NCBI GenBank assembly: GCA_964526235.1
Contig: CAZGLC010000004.1
Location: 1-48,754 of the forward strand
Length of the DNA stretch: 48,754 nt
Direction: 5' to 3'
DNA from: an uncultured Bifidobacteriaceae bacterium
GTDB lineage: Bacteria > Acidobacteriota > Vicinamibacteria > Vicinamibacterales > UBA2999
How positions within the stretch are numbered: the stretch's first letter is position 1; the number at the start of each line of letters is the position of its first letter. The notes under the pieces were generated by a model, which worked only from the letters and a program-made list of their open reading frames with translations, was not told the DNA's origin and ran no database searches. The position numbers and the translations under genes were made by a program. Of this stretch, positions 38,561 through 45,627 are shown one piece after another.

Positions 38561-38696
38561 CCACACGTGCGTCAACGCAGGGCCAGCGAGCCCACGGGGT
38601 ATGCCAACCTGCGTGAGTGCCTGGCAACGGCGGGCTCGACATGGGCTGAAACGGGTGCAGTATAGTAGCCGGCATCAACAGCTTGCAGAAGGACGC

Positions 38697-39086
38697 ATGA
38701 AGCATCTGACATGGATCGGCCTGTGCGCGGCTGCGATCGCGCTTGGAATCGTCTCCCCGGCCTATTCGCATCACTCGCACGCGATGTTCGACCACACGAA
38801 GCCGCAGACGGTCACCGGAACGGTGAAGGAATTCCTGTTCCGCAACCCGCACGTTTATCTCTACGTCGACGTCAAGAACGACCGCGGCGACGTGGTGACC
38901 TACTGGGTCGAGATGTCGAACCTCCAGAACATGATCAAGCAGGGGATCAACCAGAACACGCTGAAGGTCGGCGACGTGGTGACCGTGACGATGCATCCGC
39001 TCAAGGACGGGCGTCCGGGCGGCAACTACGAGACGATGAAGACGGGTGACGGCCGGTCGTTCGGCCGCGAGCCGGACCTGAATTAG
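38697..39086 (+). CDS. DUF6152 family small secreted protein (copy 2)
   Basis: The signal peptide ends SPAYS, followed by HHSHAMFD. The motifs VTGTVKEFLFRNPHVYLYV, W.VEM and KVGDVVTVTMHPLKDG match the family. Confidence 0.8.
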   Translation: MKHLTWIGLCAAAIALGIVSPAYSHHSHAMFDHTKPQTVTGTVKEFLFRNPHVYLYVDVKNDRGDVVTYWVEMSNLQNMIKQGINQNTLKVGDVVTVTMHPLKDGRPGGNYETMKTGDGRSFGREPDLN

Positions 39087-39097
39087 AGGCCGCCATC

Positions 39098-40228
39098 ATG
39101 CACGCCATGACAACGGCCATCCGTGCCGGCGCCGCGCTCGTCGTCCTCGCGATGGCGACGCCGGCCGCCGCGCAGACCGCGCAGCGGACGATCTTCACCA
39201 CGCCCGACATTCGCCAGGATCGCGACCTCTGGACCGATCCTGCGTACTACCGCAACAACACCGTCGGCCAGCTCAGAGGCATGGCGATCGGCACCGAGCC
39301 GGGCGGCGGCTCGACGCAGCAGGCCGGCTCGCGGGTCTACGGATCGGCGGGCACGGCCAAGCCCGGCGCGCTCGATCTTTCGACGCCCTATCCGTTCAAG
39401 ACCGCGATGGAGCACTACCAGGCGTGGCTGAAAGAGGCGGGTGGCGGCACCAGACACACCGCGGCGACGATTCCCAACTGGCGCGGGCGCTGGGCGGGCG
39501 GCCCCGCGGGTCTCGGCGGCGGGCCGAATCCGGCCAGCTATGTCGCCTCACTGTTGACGCCGGCGTATCGCGAATACTTCGTGCGCGAGCTGAAGGCATA
39601 TACGGAAGGGCGCATCTGGTCGGCGGGATCGATCTGCCTGCCGGGCGGGTTCTTCGCCGCCGTCGGCGCCGAAGAGTTCATCGTGACGCCCGAACAGGTG
39701 TGGACGCTCGGGTCGTCAAACGCGCAGAACTACATCCGCTGGATCTATACCGACGGCAGCGGACACAGCCCGAAGGATGCCGAGTTCGCCAAGTGGCACG
39801 GCGAGTCGATCGGCTTCTGGAACGGCGATGCGCTGATCGTCCACACGAATCAGATCCACGGATGGAAGGGTGGGCCGTCGGAGTTCACCGACAACCTCGA
39901 GACGGTGGAGCGCTACCGGCGCGTCGGCGACCGGATCGAGGGCGAGATCACGCTGTACGACCCGGAGGTCTTCGTGCGGCCGGTGCACGCGAGGGTTCGG
40001 TACCAGCTCGACACGGAGACGCGCCTCGAGCTCAGGCCGACCTACAACACGTGCACCGACACGAACGGCCCGTCCAACAAGGTGTACATGGACGAGCGCG
40101 GCATCCTGAACGAGCGCATTCCGGGCGACCCGCTGTACTTCGACCCCACCGACCCGCGGCCGTGGCGCACGTACCTCGACGAGAGCGATCGACGGTACGA
40201 GCGGTACCGGAAATCGCAGGGGCGCTGA
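39098..40228 (+). CDS. Secreted protein of unknown function (376 aa)
   Basis: The signal peptide is MHAMTTAIRAGAALVVLAMATPAAAQ. The codon usage is G/C3-rich. It lies 11 nt after DUF6152 copy 2 and 26 nt before the hydrolase. I recognise no motif. Confidence 0.65.
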   Translation: MHAMTTAIRAGAALVVLAMATPAAAQTAQRTIFTTPDIRQDRDLWTDPAYYRNNTVGQLRGMAIGTEPGGGSTQQAGSRVYGSAGTAKPGALDLSTPYPFKTAMEHYQAWLKEAGGGTRHTAATIPNWRGRWAGGPAGLGGGPNPASYVASLLTPAYREYFVRELKAYTEGRIWSAGSICLPGGFFAAVGAEEFIVTPEQVWTLGSSNAQNYIRWIYTDGSGHSPKDAEFAKWHGESIGFWNGDALIVHTNQIHGWKGGPSEFTDNLETVERYRRVGDRIEGEITLYDPEVFVRPVHARVRYQLDTETRLELRPTYNTCTDTNGPSNKVYMDERGILNERIPGDPLYFDPTDPRPWRTYLDESDRRYERYRKSQGR

Positions 40229-40254
40229 TCGACACGGCGTCTGGAGGTGCTGAG

Positions 40255-41415
40255 ATGACTCGGCTCTTTGTGTTCGTGGCGGCGTTGGCCGGCGTCGGTT
40301 CATTGTCGATGCTGCGGGCGGCCCCCGCGGACGACCTCATCTCCGTGGACCACTACGTCCGGATGAAATCCACCGTGCCCGCGTTGGCCGGGCAGGTCGC
40401 GCACGTGTACCTGCGCGAGCGCGCCAATCCGGCGGTGCTGCTCCGCACCGCCACTCTCGCCGACCGCGTCGTCCTGTTCGTCCATGGGGCGGGTACGCCG
40501 GCCGAGGTGGCGTTCGATGTGCCGCACAGCGACTACAGCTGGATGGCGTACCTCGCCGGCGACGGCTTCGACGTCTTCTCGATGGACCAGACGGGCTACG
40601 GCCGATCCACGCGTCCGGCGCCGATGGACGACCCGTGCAATCTGTCGCGCGAGCAGCAGGCGACGCTGGTCCCCCTGCTGATCGCGGCGCCGTGCGCCCA
40701 GAGCCACGGCACCGCCCTCACGACGATGGCGACCGACTGGGACGAGATTGCGGCCGTGGTGGAGTACATCCGCGCGCTGCGCCGCGTCGAGCGCGTGGCG
40801 CTCGTCGCCTGGTCGCGCGGCGCCCCGCGTGCGGGGGGCTACGCGGCGCGCCACCCGTCCACGGTTTCGCGGCTGGTGCTGCTGGCGCCGGCCTACGATC
40901 GCTCCACGCCGGCGGCCGCCGCCGCCGCCCAGCCGGCCGCCGGAGCGGCGATGAACACGCAGTCGCGCCGGGAGTTCATGGCCAACTGGGACCGGCAGGT
41001 CGGCTGCGCGGATCAGTACGATCCCGCGGTCGCCGACGCGGTGTGGACCGAGATGCTGCGGTCGGATCCGGTTGGCGCGACGTGGGGGCCCGGCGTCCGT
41101 CGCGCGCCCAACACCACCGGCACGTGGACGCAGGCGATCGTGAGGAAGCTTGGGGTGCCCACGCTGATGGTCACGGGGGTCCACGACCGGCAGGTCCCGC
41201 CGGAACGCGTGCGGCAGCTGTACGAAGACATCGGTTCGACGGAGAAGGTCTTTGCCGATCTCGGGTGTTCGTCGCACAACGCCATGTGGGAGCGCAATCG
41301 GCTCGCGCTCTTCGAGGCGTCGCGGACGTGGCTCACGACCGGCACCGTCAACGGCATGAAGCAGGGGACGATTCGCCTCGGGTATCCCACTGCGGCGGGC
41401 ACGCCGACCAACTGA
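40255..41415 (+). CDS. Secreted alpha/beta-hydrolase fold protein
   Basis: A GGAGG lies 7 nt upstream, and the protein has a signal peptide. The HG oxyanion motif is LFVHGAG. The nucleophile-elbow-like motif is VAWSRGA. Late Asp and His candidates are VTGVHD and CSSHNAM. Confidence 0.8.
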   Translation: MTRLFVFVAALAGVGSLSMLRAAPADDLISVDHYVRMKSTVPALAGQVAHVYLRERANPAVLLRTATLADRVVLFVHGAGTPAEVAFDVPHSDYSWMAYLAGDGFDVFSMDQTGYGRSTRPAPMDDPCNLSREQQATLVPLLIAAPCAQSHGTALTTMATDWDEIAAVVEYIRALRRVERVALVAWSRGAPRAGGYAARHPSTVSRLVLLAPAYDRSTPAAAAAAQPAAGAAMNTQSRREFMANWDRQVGCADQYDPAVADAVWTEMLRSDPVGATWGPGVRRAPNTTGTWTQAIVRKLGVPTLMVTGVHDRQVPPERVRQLYEDIGSTEKVFADLGCSSHNAMWERNRLALFEASRTWLTTGTVNGMKQGTIRLGYPTAAGTPTN

Positions 41416-41428
41416 CAGAGAACTACAC

Positions 41429-42412
41429 ATGCGCGTGACCGTGACGCTCGCACTTGCGCTCGCGGTGCTCGCCACCGCCTGCAACCCGCGCGAGTTCGCG
41501 CGCGAGCACGGCGGCATCACGCGCCTGTCGATCGCGACGGGGAACACGGGCGGCGTCTATTACCCGTACGGGGGCGGCATCGCGAAGGTCGTCAGTGAGG
41601 CCCTGCCGCGCGTGCAGGTCACCGCGGAAGTCACCGCGGCGTCGGTGGACAACCTCAAGCTCATTCAGCTCGGCAAGGTCGACATCGCCTTCGCGCTCGC
41701 CGACACGCTCGACGACGCGATCAAGGCGCGCGGTCCGTTTGCGAAGACCGGGGCGGTGCGCGCGCGGACGCTCGCGGTGCTCTATCCGAACTACACCCAT
41801 CTCGTGACCGTGGCCGGCAACGGCATCGACCGCATCGCCGATCTGAAAGGGAAGGTGGTGTCGACCGGTTCGGCCGGCAGCGGCACGGAAGTGATCGCGC
41901 TGCGAGTGCTGCGCGCCGCCGGCCTCGATCCCGATCGCGACCTCCGCCGGCAGGCGCTCTCGGTGAACGCGTCGGTGGACGCGTTGAAAGACGACAAGAT
42001 CGATGCCTTTTTCTGGAGCGGCGGCGTGCCGACCGCCTCCGTGCTCGACCTCGCCAGCACCACGGGCATCACCGCGAAGCTGATTCCCAACGACGAGGTG
42101 CTGTCGGCGCTCCAGGCCGAGTTCGGCGCGGCTTTATACCACCGCCTGGTCATGCCGAAGGGCGCGTATCCCGGGCAGGAGGCCGACGTGGCGGTCGTTG
42201 GCGTGCAGAACGCGCTCGTCGTCGATGCCGCGATGGACGAGGCGCTTGCCTACGATCTCACGCGCACGCTCTTCGAGCGGCGCGCCGACCTGGCGGCGAT
42301 CCATCCGGAGGCGCGGCTGCTCGATCCGGCACGCGCCGTCCTCGGCTCGCCCGCCGACTTCCATCCGGGCGCGATCCGCTACTACCAGGAACAGGGTGTG
42401 TGGAAACCGTAG
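41429..42412 (+). CDS. TAXI-family TRAP transporter solute receptor (lipoprotein)
   Basis: The lipobox is LATA-C. The motifs TGNTGGVYYPYGGGIA, SV.N..L...G..D.A and STGSAGSGTE are typical of TAXI proteins. Confidence 0.9.
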   Translation: MRVTVTLALALAVLATACNPREFAREHGGITRLSIATGNTGGVYYPYGGGIAKVVSEALPRVQVTAEVTAASVDNLKLIQLGKVDIAFALADTLDDAIKARGPFAKTGAVRARTLAVLYPNYTHLVTVAGNGIDRIADLKGKVVSTGSAGSGTEVIALRVLRAAGLDPDRDLRRQALSVNASVDALKDDKIDAFFWSGGVPTASVLDLASTTGITAKLIPNDEVLSALQAEFGAALYHRLVMPKGAYPGQEADVAVVGVQNALVVDAAMDEALAYDLTRTLFERRADLAAIHPEARLLDPARAVLGSPADFHPGAIRYYQEQGVWKP

Positions 42413-44364
42413 CGCCCGTCACCACGGCGCCTGAGGACGTCGGGACCGAATCACCCACCAGAGAGCTTCGCGGCATCACCGGCGGCCTCGCCACGGCGCT
42501 CGCGATCGGCCTGTCGCTGTACGCGCTGTACTGGGTCGTCGGCATCGTCCAGCCGTTCATCTATCGCGTCACGTTCCTGTGGCTCGCGCTCGTCCTGAGC
42601 TTTCTGTACTATCCGGCAGGCGTGCGCGACCGCACGCGCACCACGCCGCTCGATTGGGCGCTGATCGTGCTGACGACGATCGCGCTCGCCTGGCCGATCG
42701 TCGACTTCGATCAGTTCATCTATCGCGCCGCCGATCCGACGGCCGTGGACGTGACGGCGGGCATCCTCGTCATGGTGGCGGTGCTCGAAGCCACGCGCCG
42801 CACGACCGGGTGGATTCTGCCGGTGACCGCCGCGGCGTTCCTGGTGTATTCGTTCTACGGGCCGTTGCTCGACCTCGTCGGCCTCAGCCTGCTCGCGCAC
42901 CGCGGCTACGACCCGCCGCGCATCGTCGGCACGTCCTTCATGACGCTCGAAGGGATCTTCGGCGTTCCGATCGACGTGGCGGCCACCTACATCATTCTGT
43001 TTTCCCTCTACGGCGCGATCCTCACCGCATCGGGCGCCGGCCGCTTCTTCCTCGACTGGTCGATGGCGGCCGTCGGCCGATCGGGCGGCGGCGCCGGACC
43101 GGGACGCGCGGTCACGATTGCAGGACTGCTGCTCGGCACCATCTCGGGGAGCGGCGTGGCCAACACGGTCACGCTGGGATCGGTCGCGTGGCCGCTGCTC
43201 AAGCGCGCGCGCTATCCGGCAGAGATGGGGGGCGCGGTGCTCTCGGCCGCGGGCATCGGCGCCATCATCTGTCCGCCGGCGCTCGGCGCCGCCGCGTTCA
43301 TCATCGCCGAGTTCCTGCGCATCAGTTATCTGCAGGTCCTCATCATGGCGGCGATTCCGGCGCTGCTCTACTTCTTCTCGATCTTTCTGATGATCGAGGC
43401 CGACACGCGTCGCGCCGCCGCCGCGCCCGTCGAGGTCTCCGCCGACTCGGTCTGGCAGATCACCCGGCGGTCCGGGTACCACTTCCTGGCGCTCGTCAGC
43501 ATTCCGGCGTTCCTGCTGACGGGGACGACCGCTTTTCGCGCCGTCTTCTACTCGATGGCGATCGCGGTCGCGCTCAGCTTCGTCGATCGCGCCAACGCCC
43601 TGTGGCCGCGGCGGCTGGTGCAGGCGCTCTACACGGGCGCGCGCAGCGTGCTGCCGATTGCCGCGACGACGGCAACCGCCGGGATCATCGTCGGGACGGT
43701 CACGCTGACCGGGCTGGGGCTCAAGATCGCGGGTGTCATCGTGGCGCTCGCCGGCGGGCAGCTCTTTCTGACGGTGCTCTATTCGGCGGTGGCGGTGCTG
43801 ATGCTCGGGCTCGCCGTTCCGGTGACGGCGTCCTACATCATCGCGGCGGTCATGGTCGCACCCGCGATGATTCAGGTCGGCGTGCCGGAGCTCGGCGCGC
43901 ACATGTTCATCTTTTATTACGCGGTGCTGTCCGAGGTGAGCCCACCCACGGCGCTCTCGCCGTTTGCGGCGGCCGCCATCACGGGCGGCCGGCCGTTTCC
44001 GACGATGATGCTCACGTGGAAGTACACCCTGCCGGCGTTCGTCTTCCCGTTTGCATTCACGCTGAGCGAGCAGGGCATGGGGCTGCTGATGCAGGGCGGC
44101 CCTGCGGCAATCGCGCTGGCGACCGGGACCGCGGCGGCCGGCATTCTCGCGCTGGCCGCGGGCCTGGGCGGATGGATTCGCGGACCCGCCACGCGGCTCG
44201 AGCGCGCGCTCGCGGTGGCCGGCGGACTGCTGCTGTTCTATGCGGCGAGCTGGTCGGACGCGGCGGGGGTCGTGCTGTTCGCCGCGGCGGTCGGATTACA
44301 CCTCACGCGGCTGAGGGCGCAGCGCCGGGTCCCCAAGGACCCGGCCTACGCGCGCGAGGTCTAG
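42400..44364 (+). CDS. TRAP transporter fused (DctQ-DctM type) permease
   Basis: This 654-aa polytopic membrane protein overlaps the TAXI gene by 13 nt. The fused 4TM+12TM size is typical of TAXI-associated permeases. Confidence 0.9.
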   Translation: METVAPVTTAPEDVGTESPTRELRGITGGLATALAIGLSLYALYWVVGIVQPFIYRVTFLWLALVLSFLYYPAGVRDRTRTTPLDWALIVLTTIALAWPIVDFDQFIYRAADPTAVDVTAGILVMVAVLEATRRTTGWILPVTAAAFLVYSFYGPLLDLVGLSLLAHRGYDPPRIVGTSFMTLEGIFGVPIDVAATYIILFSLYGAILTASGAGRFFLDWSMAAVGRSGGGAGPGRAVTIAGLLLGTISGSGVANTVTLGSVAWPLLKRARYPAEMGGAVLSAAGIGAIICPPALGAAAFIIAEFLRISYLQVLIMAAIPALLYFFSIFLMIEADTRRAAAAPVEVSADSVWQITRRSGYHFLALVSIPAFLLTGTTAFRAVFYSMAIAVALSFVDRANALWPRRLVQALYTGARSVLPIAATTATAGIIVGTVTLTGLGLKIAGVIVALAGGQLFLTVLYSAVAVLMLGLAVPVTASYIIAAVMVAPAMIQVGVPELGAHMFIFYYAVLSEVSPPTALSPFAAAAITGGRPFPTMMLTWKYTLPAFVFPFAFTLSEQGMGLLMQGGPAAIALATGTAAAGILALAAGLGGWIRGPATRLERALAVAGGLLLFYAASWSDAAGVVLFAAAVGLHLTRLRAQRRVPKDPAYAREV

Positions 44365-44365
44365 A

Positions 44366-44761
44366 TCAGAAGTCGGACGGCGCCGCCGCGCTGTTGCCGT
44401 CCCAGTCCTTGACCGAGCCGTCACGGGCCTTCAGGAACCCGAGCAGGCAGCCGCGCGAGCCGTCGCGCAGCGGATGGCACCGCACCTTGATCGTGTCGCC
44501 CGCCTTGATGTACTCACGGTTGACGCCGATGCGTTCGAGGCCGTTGCGACCGGTCGCTTCGAGCGCCCACATCTGCGGCTCCCCGCTCGCGTCCTTCACC
44601 TCCATGTACACCCAGGAATGCGGAACGACCAGGTGAACTTCCTTCACCACGCCGGTCATGTCCGAAAAGGTGTCCATATAGTTGCCGTGGGAATGATGCG
44701 CGGCCACCGGCAACGCGAAGAACACCGCACAGAGGATCGCGATACTGAATCGAAACTGCAT
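44366..44761 (-). CDS. DUF6152-like small secreted protein (copy 3, divergent subtype with two Cys)
   Basis: The signal peptide ends LPVAA, followed by HHSHGNY. The motifs VPHSWVYMEVKD, IKAGDTIKVRCHPLRDGSRGC are present. It is a close paralogue of copy 4. Confidence 0.75.
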   Translation of the reverse strand: MQFRFSIAILCAVFFALPVAAHHSHGNYMDTFSDMTGVVKEVHLVVPHSWVYMEVKDASGEPQMWALEATGRNGLERIGVNREYIKAGDTIKVRCHPLRDGSRGCLLGFLKARDGSVKDWDGNSAAAPSDF

Positions 44762-44858
44762 GTCAGCCTCCCAAGAACTCCTCCATATTAGCCAAGAAGG
44801 CCGCGCCGCGCTACACTGCGCCGGGCGCGCTTGACGGCCGGCGCGCGGAGGTGGGGGG

Positions 44859-45134
44859 ATGCGCCTGGGACTGATGCTGGCGGGCGTTCTGGCGATGGCG
44901 CCGGGGCCTGTCTTCGCGCAGGACTGGACTGAATTTGCGAGCCGGGAAGACCGCTTTACCTCGATCTACGTGCACGAGAACAGGTTGTACATTATGGAGG
45001 GCACCGTGCCCGACGGGATGCCGGAGCCGGGCCTCTTTCAGCAGTCGCTCGGATGGCGTGACGAGAATGGCGGCTGCATCAGATATTCCGGCATCTACCT
45101 GCACGGGGCGCCGAAGCCGGCGCGCACTCGATAG
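44859..45134 (+). CDS. Small secreted hypothetical protein
   Basis: A GGAGG lies 8 nt upstream. The signal peptide is MRLGLMLAGVLAMAPGPVFA-Q. It is 91 aa and lies between the two inverted DUF6152-like genes. Confidence 0.45.
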   Translation: MRLGLMLAGVLAMAPGPVFAQDWTEFASREDRFTSIYVHENRLYIMEGTVPDGMPEPGLFQQSLGWRDENGGCIRYSGIYLHGAPKPARTR

Positions 45135-45161
45135 ATAGATAGTGAGATAGAGGAGGACATC

Positions 45162-45560
45162 ATGCTGTTCAGACTCGCGCTCGCGTTCGTGTTCGCCGCG
45201 GCGATTGGCGTCCCCATCGCCGGGCATCACTCGCACGGCAACTACTCCGACACGTTCACCGACATCGAAGGGATCGTCAAGGAACTACACCTCGTCGTCC
45301 CGCATTCGTGGGTGTACATGGAGGTCAAGGACGCGCAGGGGCAGCCGCAGATCTGGGCGCTCGAGGCGACGGGCCGCGGCGGGCTCGAGCGGATCGGCGT
45401 CACCCGCGAGTACATCAAGGCGGGCGATCGGATCAAGGTCCGGTGCCATGTGCTGCGCGACGGCTCGCGCGGCTGTCTGCTCGGGTTCCTGAAGGCGGCC
45501 GACGGCACCGTCAAGGACTGGGACGGCGGCGCCAATACGCCGATCCCGACCGATTTCTGA
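45162..45560 (+). CDS. DUF6152-like small secreted protein (copy 4)
   Basis: An AGGAGG lies 5 nt upstream. The signal peptide ends VPIAG, followed by HHSHGNY. Across the mature part it is about four-fifths identical to copy 3, judged by eye. Confidence 0.75.
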   Translation: MLFRLALAFVFAAAIGVPIAGHHSHGNYSDTFTDIEGIVKELHLVVPHSWVYMEVKDAQGQPQIWALEATGRGGLERIGVTREYIKAGDRIKVRCHVLRDGSRGCLLGFLKAADGTVKDWDGGANTPIPTDF

Positions 45561-45627
45561 GTCGGCCCGGTCGCCTGTATAGTACGCGCTCGTTTGTCGG
45601 GGGGTAACTCGCTACAAGGAGTCTGAC

